Source of the DNA: an uncultured Verrucomicrobiae bacterium
Lineage (GTDB): Bacteria; Verrucomicrobiota; Verrucomicrobiia; Palsa-1439
Assembly: GCA_963812605.1 (NCBI GenBank)
Contig: CAWEWF010000014.1
Location: 224,001 to 288,000 of the forward strand
Length of the DNA stretch: 64,000 bases
Direction of reading: 5' to 3'
Translations under genes and position numbers: made by a program
Notes under the pieces: generated by a model
What the model saw: only the letters and a program-made list of their open reading frames with translations
Database searches by the model: none
Told to the model about the DNA's origin: nothing
Part shown: positions 40,784-50,481 of the stretch, in pieces
How the letters are laid out: the number at the start of each line of letters is the position of its first letter
Numbering within the stretch: position 1 is the stretch's first letter

Positions 40784-40858
40784 GCCAGGGTAGCTCAGTG
40801 GTAGAGCAGGGGACTCATAAGCCCTTGGTCGGGAGTTCAACTCTCCCCCCTGGCACCA
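40784..40858 (+). tRNA. tRNA with CAT anticodon, probably tRNA-Ile2 (lysidine)
   Basis: GCCAGGGTAGCTCAGTGGTAGAGCAGGGGACTCATAAGCCCTTGGTCGGGAGTTCAACTCTCCCCCCTGGCACCA; paired 1:72, so not initiator; GACTCATAA loop as in Ile2. Confidence 0.93.
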
Positions 40859-40866
40859 TTTTTCTT

Positions 40867-42306
40867 CTATATCGGCGTAATCGCGAAAGTTGCGAAGCGT
40901 AAGACCGGCGGCGCTGCTTCAGCCATCCTTTGTAGCGAAGGTCATCCCACATCGTGAAACGCCTGTTGTGAAGCATTTGTTTTCGCCGGGCCGGGGAGAC
41001 GTCCAGTTCTTCCATCCACTGGACGAGGCGGCGGAAAAGTTCCTGGGCTGGTGCGGGGTGCTTCGCGATCACGTTGTGCTCGTGCCGCGGATCGGTCGGG
41101 ACGTGAAACAGTTCCGAGCCTTCCAGTCCGCGCACGGGCGAGTACACCAAAGCCCATTCGTCCGTCCAAACGCTCAGGCAACCGACGCGACCCTTGTGCG
41201 GATGGCAGCCGCCGACGGCGAATTTTTGCGGACTGGGCTGGCCGCCGAGCATCGGGACCAGAGAATGCCCCTGGTTCCACGGCACCGCCGGGATTCCCGC
41301 CAAGTCCAGAACGGTGGCGTACAAATCGGGCGGTTGGGTCAGTCCGTGAATCGTTTTCCCGGCACCCAGCGCTTTCGGGTGACGGATCAAGCAAGGGGAT
41401 GTGGCCGAGTTCCTCGTAGATCTTAAGGGGTTCTTTGCCGCGCAACGGTTTCCCGATAAGCCCGTGTTCGCCCAGATAATAACCGTGGTCGGAGCAGAAG
41501 AGGATCGCGGTATCGTCCTGCAATTTTTTCTCGCGCAGTGTCGCGAGAAGCTGGCCCATCCAGAAATCGATCTGCGTGACCTCGGCTTTGTAAAGGCTGC
41601 GCATGTTCTCGATGTCCGCGGCGGGATACTGCGAGGCGTCACCCGATTTCGGCCAGAAGACGGCATCGCCTGTGCTTATTCCAAGGGTAGGGCTTGAGGA
41701 ATTCGCCGGGGGCGTCCCAAGGCTCATGCGGGTCGAAGGCGTCTATCCACAGGAAAAACTTTTCGGGCGGGTCGCTCCAGCCATTCCATCGACGAACGGA
41801 AAACCGTGGCGGTCGTATTCGTGCCCTGTTGTTGGTACCAGTAGGCGTTCCGCCGATAGCGTTCGAGTCGATGCGGTGGCGGCTCCAGTTTTTCAGGCAT
41901 ACAGGGCAAATCAATCATCGGCGCGGACGCCGGTTGAAAGGGATCGTGGCACTGGCCGGGCACGTTCTTGACGAAATCAAACCCGCGCTCGAACCCAAAG
42001 TGGTCTTCGAAGAGGTGAAGGTTGTCGGCGATCAGGGCGGTGGTGAATCCGTGCTGCTTGAAGACCTGCGAAAGGACCGGGGAATTCGTAGGGCAGTTTC
42101 CCCCAGTTATAGAGCGGGAAGGTGTAGCGGCCAGTGAAGACTTCGATGCGGTTGACGAGGGTCGGGAACGAGCACAGCCAGAAATCGGCGAACACGGCGC
42201 TTTCGCGGGCGAACTGATCCAATTGGGGAGTCGAGACTGGTTGCTGCCCGAGAAAGCCGAGATGGTCGAACCGGAAAGTGTCCGAGCAGATGACGATGAC
42301 GTTCAT
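40867..42306 (-). CDS. Sulfatase-fold (alkaline phosphatase superfamily) protein, several apparent frameshifts
   Basis: ICSDTFR.DH, FDPHEPW, SDHG..LGEHG, YEE..HIP, DL..T.LDL, ELF....DP.. spread over four ORFs; 3' end approximate. Confidence 0.78.
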
Positions 42307-43085
42307 GGAGTTGGTTTGGGTTCACCCGCGCGCCGTTCCGCTTCGAGAAGGAAGGCGTACTTGGCGAAGACATTGATAAATTTTGAAAGTGCGATGAGCC
42401 AGCCGCGCCAGCCGTCGCGCCAACCCTGCTTCACGACCAGATGTTTGAAAAACGTCGCCCACGGCGAGAGCAGGAGCAGGTGCCAGTGAAACTTCCGGCC
42501 TTCACGGGCATAGGAGTCCGCCATCGTGCGCGCATGCTTGATGGAGCTGTGGAGATGCTCCTGAAGATTACGAAACGGGTAGTGAAGCAAATCGCCTTCC
42601 AGCCGCGCGGTCGGTCCGGGGATCTCCAATTTGTCGTGCGGGTCAAGCCCACCCCAGGCCGCAAGATTGCCCCGGACCAGGCGCAGTCGCCACTCCGGAT
42701 ACCAGGCATGACGGATCCAATCGCCGAGATAAAAGGTGCGCCGGTTCACCCAAAAGCCGTTTTCCTTCGGGTCGCCGGCATCGAATATTCTGGAAATCGA
42801 CTGCGCCAATTCGGGGGACAACGCCTCATCGGCATCCAGGCACAACACCCACGGTTGCGTGCAGCGCTTGAGGGCGATGTTCTTTTGCGCCACATATCCC
42901 TGCCAGGGGTGCGCCTCGAAGATCGCCCCACAACTGCGCGCGATGTCGCCGGTCTTGTCCGTCGAACCGGAATCGATCACCACCATCTCCACCGCCAAAT
43001 CGCGGACGCTGGCGAGACAGCGCGACAGATTGCGTTCCTCGTTCAGGGTAATGATGGCAACGGACAATGGCGGGTGCTGGGCCAT
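42303..43085 (-). CDS. GT2 glycosyltransferase (WaaE/KdtX-like)
   Basis: IITLNEE, DSGSTD, QKN.A, LDADE, GDLLHY. Confidence 0.92.
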   Translation of the reverse strand: MAQHPPLSVAIITLNEERNLSRCLASVRDLAVEMVVIDSGSTDKTGDIARSCGAIFEAHPWQGYVAQKNIALKRCTQPWVLCLDADEALSPELAQSISRIFDAGDPKENGFWVNRRTFYLGDWIRHAWYPEWRLRLVRGNLAAWGGLDPHDKLEIPGPTARLEGDLLHYPFRNLQEHLHSSIKHARTMADSYAREGRKFHWHLLLLSPWATFFKHLVVKQGWRDGWRGWLIALSKFINVFAKYAFLLEAERRAGEPKPTP

Positions 43086-43093
43086 GCGCTCCT

Positions 43094-43969
43094 TCACCTG
43101 ACGAGTTGATAATGTTTCTTGCTGAGTTCCACTCCCAGCCAGCTTTCCAATTTCAGCATGAGGCGATGTTTCTTCTCGCGCTTGGTGAGCTGGTGTTCGG
43201 GATTGGCGAGAAACAGGCCCGCGGCGGGCGGCAACCAGCGCTGGACGACTTGCGGATGCGTCCCGGTGAATTCACGGAGAACCAGGGGATCGATTTCGCG
43301 ATAATCCGTCGGCTGTTTGACATCGCTGCCCCAGAATTTATGGACGCTGTTGTTTTTGAGGTCCATCTGGTCCTCCGCCCGGATCCAACCGTAATGATAA
43401 ATGGTCGCGCCCGAGTGCGCCGCGCGGGGATAACGGCCCTTTTTATGGTCTTCCATCACGACGAAAAAAAGTCCCTTCGGCGCCCAGGCCGGAATTGTGC
43501 TGCGGATAATGCGGGGGGCGGTCCGATACCATCCCGGCGACCAGGCATACGTGTTTTGATTGCCGTAAAAGTGGAGGTAATCGAAAATCAGAGCTTCCAC
43601 CTCGGGATTATCGAGATGTGTTTCCATCGCCTGTCGAATTTTCGGCAGGTCCTGCTCATGGACAACCTCGTCGCCTTCCAGATAAAACGCCCAATCCCCC
43701 GTGCAATTGAAGAGGGCGACCGACTTCTGTTGGCCGTACACAAAACCTTTCAATCGCAGGTCGTTTCGGATCCGCTCGTTCCACTGGGTGTGGATGAGGC
43801 GAATCTTCGGACTGTTAATGGAAGCAATCATTGCCTCCGTTTGATCGTCGCAGGGCCCGAGCGCGATGATGAATTCATCCACGATGGGAAGGACGGAATT
43901 TATAGACGCGACAAATGGATAGCCAAGCTTTTGCGCGTTTTTAAGAAATGTAAATCCGCTGACTTTCAC
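43094..43969 (-). CDS. GT2-like glycosyltransferase
   Basis: VSGFTFLKNA..LGYPF, WAFYLEGDEV, YHYGW. Confidence 0.85.
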   Translation of the reverse strand: MKVSGFTFLKNAQKLGYPFVASINSVLPIVDEFIIALGPCDDQTEAMIASINSPKIRLIHTQWNERIRNDLRLKGFVYGQQKSVALFNCTGDWAFYLEGDEVVHEQDLPKIRQAMETHLDNPEVEALIFDYLHFYGNQNTYAWSPGWYRTAPRIIRSTIPAWAPKGLFFVVMEDHKKGRYPRAAHSGATIYHYGWIRAEDQMDLKNNSVHKFWGSDVKQPTDYREIDPLVLREFTGTHPQVVQRWLPPAAGLFLANPEHQLTKREKKHRLMLKLESWLGVELSKKHYQLVR

Positions 43970-44060
43970 CAATTCCCCATTCGGCGTGTTATCCGGCGGC
44001 GGCATTATTGTGGCGGCCCATTCCAGAATCAAGGCGTAATGGCGAAAAAAGGTGCGGCCG

Positions 44061-45062
44061 TCATCGTGGCGGTTTGTCACTGCGACGGCGGCGAAGAGGG
44101 TGCGAGTAAAACGGGTAGGCGCCCCGCTCTTCCTGCTGGCGGTATCGCCAGCGTTTGTAGCTCCAGAGCCAGGGATCGGGTTGCTGGCGAACGACTGCTT
44201 CGCAGTAAGAGGCGCACATCTGGCTGATGGCCTGCGATTGCGCCTCGCGGTCATCCGTGACGGCAGCGTCGGTGACCAATTGTTCGTACGTAAATCGCAT
44301 TCGCCCGTCGGGCAGGGGATGGGGCACCGCGAATACCAGCGGCGCGCCCGTGTGCAGCGCCAAGGCAGCCGGGGCGGCCGTGTTGTACACGGGCAGCCCG
44401 AAGAAATCCACCCACACGCCGCCCGAGTCGCGCAGGGCGTTGAAGTCGATGAGCAGCGCGATGTTTTCACCACGTTTGAGCGCCTTCAGAAGTTTTGTGA
44501 CGGCGAATTGCTGGGAGATGATGCGGTGGCCGGTTTGGGCGCGAAGTTGGGTGAAAACCGATTCCAGTCCGGCGTTGCGCATGCGTTCGGTGACGATGGT
44601 GGAGGGAAAGCCAAGCAGGCCCGTGGCGAGCCCCATCAATTCCCAGTCCCCATAATGCATGGTCAGAAAGATGATCCCCTTGCCCTCGCCCTGCAGTCGA
44701 CGGATAAGTTCCAGGGATGCCGGATCGACTTCGACGGCTTGTTCCAGTCCGCCGCGCTTCAATCGCGGCGACCAGAACAAGCGGAACATTGTCAGCGCGA
44801 AATTCTGGAAGGAGGCGCGGGCGATCTGTCGCTTGTCCGCTTCCGATTTGGTGTCGCCATAGGCGACGGTGAGATTGGCCAGCGCGATGCGGCGCGGGTG
44901 GCCCAAGAGGTAATAGGCGCAAGTGCCGGCGACCCGGCTAAAAGCCACGAGCAAACGATGAGGCAAACGGGGGAAAACGGCGGTCGCGGACCGCATGGCC
45001 ATTGTCTCGAGAAGAAAACGGAAACGCTTCGCGCGGGAAACGGGCCTGGGTTGAGATGTCAT
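44061..45062 (-). CDS. Lipid A late acyltransferase (LpxL/HtrB family)
   Basis: H.GDWE, LLID, VDFFG, P..WLW.YKRW. Confidence 0.9.
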   Translation of the reverse strand: MTSQPRPVSRAKRFRFLLETMAMRSATAVFPRLPHRLLVAFSRVAGTCAYYLLGHPRRIALANLTVAYGDTKSEADKRQIARASFQNFALTMFRLFWSPRLKRGGLEQAVEVDPASLELIRRLQGEGKGIIFLTMHYGDWELMGLATGLLGFPSTIVTERMRNAGLESVFTQLRAQTGHRIISQQFAVTKLLKALKRGENIALLIDFNALRDSGGVWVDFFGLPVYNTAAPAALALHTGAPLVFAVPHPLPDGRMRFTYEQLVTDAAVTDDREAQSQAISQMCASYCEAVVRQQPDPWLWSYKRWRYRQQEERGAYPFYSHPLRRRRSDKPPR

Positions 45063-45197
45063 CACCGCGGCGAGTATAGTGGCCGTAAAACGACGCGCAA
45101 GAATGGAGTGCAGGCGCAAGTTTGTGCGACCGAATCGCAAATGCGTTGCGTTCCGCGGGCTGCGGATTATATCATCCTGGCGCATGCAGACTTTCAC

Positions 45198-45809
45198 ATG
45201 AAACGGCACAAGCGCATTGGTGTTCTTGGCGGCACTTTCAATCCGATTCACCTCGGACATCTTCTCGTTGCGCAGGACGCCATGGAGCAGTTGAAGCTCG
45301 ATCTCGTGAAGTTCATCCCGTCGGCCACGCCGCCGCACAAGATAGTCGACAAACTGGCAAGCGAACGGGACCGATTGCAGATGATCGCGCTGGCGATCCG
45401 CGACAATGCTTGTTTCGAGGTCGACGATATCGAAATCAGGCGCGGCGGCAAATCGTACTCGGTGGACACCTTGACGGAATTGCGACGACGAGAACCGCGC
45501 GCGAGTTTTTATTTCATCATCGGCGCGGACTCGTTGCGGGAGTTGCACCTCTGGCGGGAGGTCCGGCGGCTGGTCACACTTTGCACGTTCGTTACCGTGC
45601 CGCGACCGGGATTCGACCCAAAACCGGTGATCGATCCCCGGCTGGACGCGGTCACGCGGCGGCGGTTACGGCAACACGTGTTGCGCGGGCATGCGTGTGA
45701 TATTGCTTCGCGTGAAATTCGCGCAAGAGTTGCCAGCGGGCGATCCATACGGTATCTTGTGTCCGATGCGGTGCATGCATATATTCGGAGGCGAAGGCTA
45801 TATCAGTGA
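45198..45809 (+). CDS. nadD: Nicotinate-nucleotide adenylyltransferase
   Basis: GGTFNPIHLGH, PPHK, SYSVDT, IIGADS. Confidence 0.96.
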   Translation: MKRHKRIGVLGGTFNPIHLGHLLVAQDAMEQLKLDLVKFIPSATPPHKIVDKLASERDRLQMIALAIRDNACFEVDDIEIRRGGKSYSVDTLTELRRREPRASFYFIIGADSLRELHLWREVRRLVTLCTFVTVPRPGFDPKPVIDPRLDAVTRRRLRQHVLRGHACDIASREIRARVASGRSIRYLVSDAVHAYIRRRRLYQ

Positions 45810-46159
45810 AGGGCAATAGCCGGTTCACTTCCGAAAAATTGGCGAAGCTCTGCCGCGAAATCGCCCTTGGCAAAAAGGCGGAAGACGCGATCATTCTGGA
45901 CGTGCGCGGCGTTTCCAGCGTTGCCGACTTCTTCCTGATTTGCACTGGCACCTCCGAGCCGCACCTGAAAGCCATCGCCGACGAAATTGCCCGCCGCCTT
46001 CGCGACGAGGGGATGCGTCCGCGGCACCGCGACGGCTATCCGCCCAGCCGCTGGATCGTCATGGATTTCAACGACGTTCTCGTGCACATCTTTCATCCGG
46101 AACTTCGCCAGCGTTACAGCCTCGAGGATCTCTGGGGTGACGCGAAACGCGTCAAATAG
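45806..46159 (+). CDS. rsfS: Ribosome silencing factor
   Basis: KKAED, WIVMDF.DV.VHIF....R..Y.LE.LW; follows nadD. Confidence 0.95.
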   Translation: MKGNSRFTSEKLAKLCREIALGKKAEDAIILDVRGVSSVADFFLICTGTSEPHLKAIADEIARRLRDEGMRPRHRDGYPPSRWIVMDFNDVLVHIFHPELRQRYSLEDLWGDAKRVK

Positions 46160-46222
46160 AAGTGTGGACGGAAGAAAAACCTTCCGACGATTGTGGGGAT
46201 TTCCGGCAGATGCAGGGGCGAA

Positions 46223-46606
46223 CTACTTCGCTTCCTTGGCGATCTCACCGAGCAACGTCTTGTAGCCCTTGCCTCCCGCCGCCATCTCGCCGATCACCGT
46301 GGCGACGCCTTTCGGTTTCTCCAACTCGAAGACAAACACGGTCTGGCCGCCGCGGATGCGGTCGTTGGGTTTTAATTCCCACTCGGTGATTCGTTCGTTG
46401 TTCACGTAGGTGCCGTTGGTGGAATTAAGGTCGCGCACGAAATACTTGCTGTCGCGAGAAGTGATCGCGAAATGCTGGCGGGACATCCGCTCATCCTTGA
46501 TCAGCACGTCCGCGTCTTCGCCCCGGCCAAAGGTGAGGGTCTTGTCCGTAATCTCCCAGCGGTCCGCCGCCGAACCGTCGAGTTTTTTCCGCACGAGATA
46601 GGGCAT
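46223..46606 (-). CDS. FHA domain protein
   Basis: FGR, SRQH, DLNSTNGTYVN. Confidence 0.92.
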   Translation of the reverse strand: MPYLVRKKLDGSAADRWEITDKTLTFGRGEDADVLIKDERMSRQHFAITSRDSKYFVRDLNSTNGTYVNNERITEWELKPNDRIRGGQTVFVFELEKPKGVATVIGEMAAGGKGYKTLLGEIAKEAK

Positions 46607-46685
46607 CGTGTTGACTCCAACGCCGATTGTGCATCAGCGCTTGGGTGGCATCAAGTCAAAAACCGTCGATCCTAATTTCAACCCT

Positions 46686-46714
46686 GTTACACGGTCGCTT
46701 GGCGTCGCTATAAT
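46686..46714 (+). promoter_or_regulatory. sigma70 promoter with no downstream + strand CDS
   Basis: GTTACA-17-TATAAT. Confidence 0.55.
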
Positions 46715-46719
46715 CCGTG

Positions 46720-46795
46720 CGGTCGAGCGGTGAGGAGCGCGATTGTGTGGGCAGCAAGCCAGGAGCTGACGGCGGTCAGGCACTGAGCTTTTCCA
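46720..46795 (+). ncRNA. Candidate structured small RNA
   Basis: Follows the promoter; gagcggtg/cactgagctt closing stem, internal hairpins, ends in TTTT; family not recognised. Confidence 0.35.
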
Positions 46796-46799
46796 GCGA

Positions 46800-47387
46800 T
46801 TACCAAAGCCCGAGGCGTTTCTTGCCGTCGTCGGTGATCATGCTTTGGTTCCAAGGCGGGTCCCAGACGATCTGGACATCGGCTTCCTCGACGCCCGGCA
46901 CGTCCAGCAAACGATCACGCACTTGCGCCGCAATAGCCGGTCCCATCCCGCAGCCCATGGCCGTCAGGCTCATCTTCACATCGACCCGGCTCCGCGTGGA
47001 AGGTAGCGGTGTCGTTTTGACGTTGTAGATCAAGCCGAGGTCGACGACGTTGCAGGGGATCTCGGGATCGTAACATTGCTTCATCGCTTCCCAGAGCGCC
47101 TTCTCGTCGGCGGGACCGGCGGGTTTCTCCGCCGCGGCAGAGGAAGCCGCGGTGGATTCCGCGACGGGCACGCCGTCCTTGAGCAGCGCATCGAGGTTCC
47201 GCCCAGCCACCTGTACCAAGCCGAGCGTGGACACTTGCAGCGTGACGTTACCGCCGAGTGTTTGCCCGACGTACGCCGTCGTGCCCTGCGGGACGACGAT
47301 GCGCGCGCCGCTGGGGATTTGCGTTGCTTCGCAGTCGCGTCCGAATTGCACCTCGTCAGATACGTGAAGAGCTTCAATGCCAGTCAT
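46800..47387 (-). CDS. sufT: DUF59 Fe-S cluster assembly protein
   Basis: IPSG, Q.LGG..T, YDPEIP.NVVDLGL.Y, LT..GCGMG, VWDPPW. Confidence 0.88.
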   Translation of the reverse strand: MTGIEALHVSDEVQFGRDCEATQIPSGARIVVPQGTTAYVGQTLGGNVTLQVSTLGLVQVAGRNLDALLKDGVPVAESTAASSAAAEKPAGPADEKALWEAMKQCYDPEIPCNVVDLGLIYNVKTTPLPSTRSRVDVKMSLTAMGCGMGPAIAAQVRDRLLDVPGVEEADVQIVWDPPWNQSMITDDGKKRLGLW

Positions 47388-47475
47388 AACCAAATTACTC
47401 CTTTGCAAAACCTGTCTTCAACTGTCGCCACCCCTTACGGTAGTCGGACTTTGCGAATGTGTCGAGGGGTATTGC

Positions 47476-49185
47476 TCACATCTGTTCGATGACTTCAATG
47501 CCCAAAAGATTCAGGCCGCGCTTGATAACATCCGCCGTCAGGCGGCAGAGCAGGAGGCGGGATGAGCGCGTTGGTTCTTCGGACTGGAGCACGGGACAGT
47601 TCTCGTAGAAGGCGCTGAACTTTCCGGTGAGGTCGTAGAGGTAGCCGGTGAGCCAGTTGGGTTTGTCGTCCTCCGCGACCGCGTGCAAGGTTTCGGGGAA
47701 GCGCAGGATGTGCTTGGCCAGATCGAGTTCGGCAGCGTGTTCGAGCGTCACTTGTGCCGAGTCGATGTTCGTAACGCCGGCCTTGCGAAAGATGCTTTGC
47801 ACGCGGACATACGCGTATTGCATGTAGGGCGCGGTATTGCCGTTCATGGCGAGCATTTTTTGCCAGCTAAACACATAATCCGTCGTGCGGTTCTGGGAGA
47901 GGTCCGCGTACTTCACCGCGCCGATACCGACCGCGCGGGCGATCTGCTGGCGCTCTTCCGCTGACAAATCAGGGTTCTTCTCCGTTACAACCGCCAGGGC
48001 GCGCTCTTCGGCTTCATCGAGCAGGTCGGACAGTTTAACCGGCGTGCCGTCCCGAGTCTTGAGAGGCTTGCCGTCTTCACCGAGAATCGAGCCGAAATAG
48101 ACATGGCGCAGGTCAGGTGACTTTGGCCACCACTTCCGCGCCGCGGCGAACACTTGTTTGAAATGCAGTTGTTGCCGCGCGTCCGTCACGTAAATGATTT
48201 CGTCAGGATGCCATTGGTCGATACGATATTTGAGCGTTGCCATATCGGTCGTGCCGTACAGGAACGCGCCATCCGCTTTCTGGATGAGCAGCGGTGAAGC
48301 GTTCTTCAGCTCCGGATCATCGTCAAAGAAGATACACATCGCGCCTTCGCTTTCGCGGGCGAGATTGCGTTGCTTCAATTGTTCGACCACATCCTTCAGC
48401 ATCGGGTTGTAGAAGCTCTCGCCGAGTGTGTGATCGAAAGTCACGCCGAGGCGTTGGTAGGTTTTGCCGAACTCCTGCATCGACAGGTCGATAATCTTTT
48501 GCCAAATCTCGTGGTTTTCGGCATCGCCTTGCTGCAGCTCCACCAATTCGGCCTTCGCATCATCGCGCAGTTCTTTATGGTCGTTGACGTACTTGTAAAG
48601 CCGCTCCAATTCAGTAATTGCATCCCGCTGCAACGCCTCATCGTCGCGGAACCGTTTCCAACCGACGATGAGCATGCCGAATTGAGTGCCCCAATCGCCG
48701 AGATGGTTATCGGTGATGACCCGGTGGCCAAGAAATCGCAGGACACGGGCGAGACAATCCCCAATGATCGTGGAACGGACATGGCCCACGTGCATGGGCT
48801 TGGCGACGTTCGGGGAGCTGAAGTCGATGACAACCGTTTTCGGTTGCGCAACGGTGGGTACGCCAAGGCGCTCATCGTTCGTGGCCGCGGCGATTTGCTG
48901 CGCGACGAAAGACGACTTGAGACGAAAGTTAATGAAGCCTGCGCCGGCGACGGTTGGCGGTTCGCTGACATCGGCAAGCTGGAGTTCGGCAATGATCTTC
49001 TCGGCGAGCGCCCGAGGGTTCTGACCGAGACGCCTGGCGATCGCCATTACGCCGTTCGCCTGGTAATCGCCGAATTTCGGATCGGCGCAGGGACGAATCA
49101 TGGCGGGGCCGGCGTTTTCGGGCCCGACGGCGAAACGTAGCGCAAGCTCGATAGCGTTGGCGAGGATATCGGGCGCGGATGACAT
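47476..49185 (-). CDS. argS: Arginine--tRNA ligase
   Basis: FGDYQ.N, SSPNVAKPMHVGH, GDWGTQFG, GNTAPY.QYA. Confidence 0.97.
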   Translation of the reverse strand: MSSAPDILANAIELALRFAVGPENAGPAMIRPCADPKFGDYQANGVMAIARRLGQNPRALAEKIIAELQLADVSEPPTVAGAGFINFRLKSSFVAQQIAAATNDERLGVPTVAQPKTVVIDFSSPNVAKPMHVGHVRSTIIGDCLARVLRFLGHRVITDNHLGDWGTQFGMLIVGWKRFRDDEALQRDAITELERLYKYVNDHKELRDDAKAELVELQQGDAENHEIWQKIIDLSMQEFGKTYQRLGVTFDHTLGESFYNPMLKDVVEQLKQRNLARESEGAMCIFFDDDPELKNASPLLIQKADGAFLYGTTDMATLKYRIDQWHPDEIIYVTDARQQLHFKQVFAAARKWWPKSPDLRHVYFGSILGEDGKPLKTRDGTPVKLSDLLDEAEERALAVVTEKNPDLSAEERQQIARAVGIGAVKYADLSQNRTTDYVFSWQKMLAMNGNTAPYMQYAYVRVQSIFRKAGVTNIDSAQVTLEHAAELDLAKHILRFPETLHAVAEDDKPNWLTGYLYDLTGKFSAFYENCPVLQSEEPTRSSRLLLCRLTADVIKRGLNLLGIEVIEQM

Positions 49186-49196
49186 GAGGCCGGAGC

Positions 49197-49652
49197 TTAG
49201 GCGTCGGAACGGAAGATGGCGAGGATTTCCTCGACGGAGCCAGCGGTTTCCAGTTTCTGGCGGTTCTCCTTGTTGCTGAGGAAGCGGGCGACGCTGGAGA
49301 GTAACAGGAGGTTTTTCTGGAACTGGCCCTGGGGCGTGAGAAAGAGCAGGCACATCGTGACGGGCTGGTTGTCGAGCGCCTGGAAGTCCACCCCGTGGGC
49401 CCGGCCGAAGGCGGCGACCACCTCCGGGATGCACGCGACGCTCGCGTGGGGCAGGGCGATCCCGTAGCCGATCCCGGTGCTCTTGCTCGTCTCGCGGTCC
49501 TTGACCGCTTTGCGTATCGCCTCGCTGTCCTCCGCGCGGATTTTGTGCGTCCGCGCCAGCACGTCGATAAGTTGGTCGATCACGGCCCAGCGGTCCGTGG
49601 CGGCGAGGCGCGGGACGATTTGCTCGGCGCCCAAAATTTCGGTGAGATTCAT
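49197..49652 (-). CDS. PTS IIA domain protein (Ntr/fructose type)
   Basis: RE...STGIG.GIALPH, GVDF.ALD..PV. Confidence 0.92.
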   Translation of the reverse strand: MNLTEILGAEQIVPRLAATDRWAVIDQLIDVLARTHKIRAEDSEAIRKAVKDRETSKSTGIGYGIALPHASVACIPEVVAAFGRAHGVDFQALDNQPVTMCLLFLTPQGQFQKNLLLLSSVARFLSNKENRQKLETAGSVEEILAIFRSDA

Positions 49653-49671
49653 GTCTTGTTCGGCGAATGCG

Positions 49672-50391
49672 TCAGCGCTGTTGTGTATGGCCCATGAAAG
49701 CGGACGCACCATGCCACAAGACCACCAGCTTGTCGAGCGTCCAGCCGTAGGCGACGACGAGATCCGCGGCCAGCGACTGGGCCAGCGCCGCGAACGTCAC
49801 CGAGCGCGAGAGCGCGGCGACCGTGAGCGCCATCGTCAGCAGGTTCATGCAGTAAATGATGACCACGGAGAAGAGCACGCCTTGGGATTCGATGTCGGGC
49901 TGCTTCACGGTCAGCAACATCATCAGCGTGAAGGTGACGTGGAAACTCCAGCCCAGGCCCACGAGGAAGAACAGCATCCAGAGGTACGCGCTGAGATTCC
50001 AGATGGCGTAGGCAATGAAAAACGCGCCGATGAACAACATGGCGTAAAACGGGAAAAAGTAAGGCGCGAGCGCGATGAACCAATTCGTTTTGCTCGTGCG
50101 CACCTGGCCCCCGGTCTTTTTCACTTTCAAACCGCCGACCCGCGCGCCCATCATCAAGGCCCAGATCGCGTGGGTCAGCTCGTGTCCCAGCACATAGGTG
50201 CGCATGGGTTTGGGAAGAAATACGAACACCGCCAGCCAGAGTGCGTACCCCCCGGCAAAGGCCCACAAGGCCGGGTTGGTCATGGGGTGGGAAGCAAAGG
50301 ACACCTGCCCGCCGAGGCGCACCGCGGTCAGGGTGAGGGCCGCGCAGGCCGGCAGGAGCAGAATGCCGAGCAACAGCTTCAGGAGGCGCAC
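49672..50391 (-). CDS. Membrane protein, M50-like metallopeptidase
   Basis: GHELTH, LAPYF, multiple TMs. Confidence 0.72.
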   Translation of the reverse strand: MRLLKLLLGILLLPACAALTLTAVRLGGQVSFASHPMTNPALWAFAGGYALWLAVFVFLPKPMRTYVLGHELTHAIWALMMGARVGGLKVKKTGGQVRTSKTNWFIALAPYFFPFYAMLFIGAFFIAYAIWNLSAYLWMLFFLVGLGWSFHVTFTLMMLLTVKQPDIESQGVLFSVVIIYCMNLLTMALTVAALSRSVTFAALAQSLAADLVVAYGWTLDKLVVLWHGASAFMGHTQQR

Positions 50392-50402
50392 GATTTTCCC
50401 CG

Positions 50403-50430
50403 TTGACTTTTACGGGTCGGCACGTAAAAT
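50403..50430 (+). promoter_or_regulatory. rpsT promoter
   Basis: TTGACT-16-TAAAAT. Confidence 0.55.
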
Positions 50431-50481
50431 GACGCGCCGTCCAACGAACAACGACACAGCCGACTCATCGGATCATTTATC

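Noticed and set aside
44052-45197. 585-aa NadD with a long N-terminal extension
   Set aside because: The extension is antisense to the acyltransferase; NadD motifs begin at 45198.
46725-46790. SAH or cobalamin riboswitch (GAGGAGCGC..CAGG; AAGCCAGGAG)
   Set aside because: The SAH pseudoknot partner CGCTC and the cobalamin core are missing, and no gene lies downstream on this strand.
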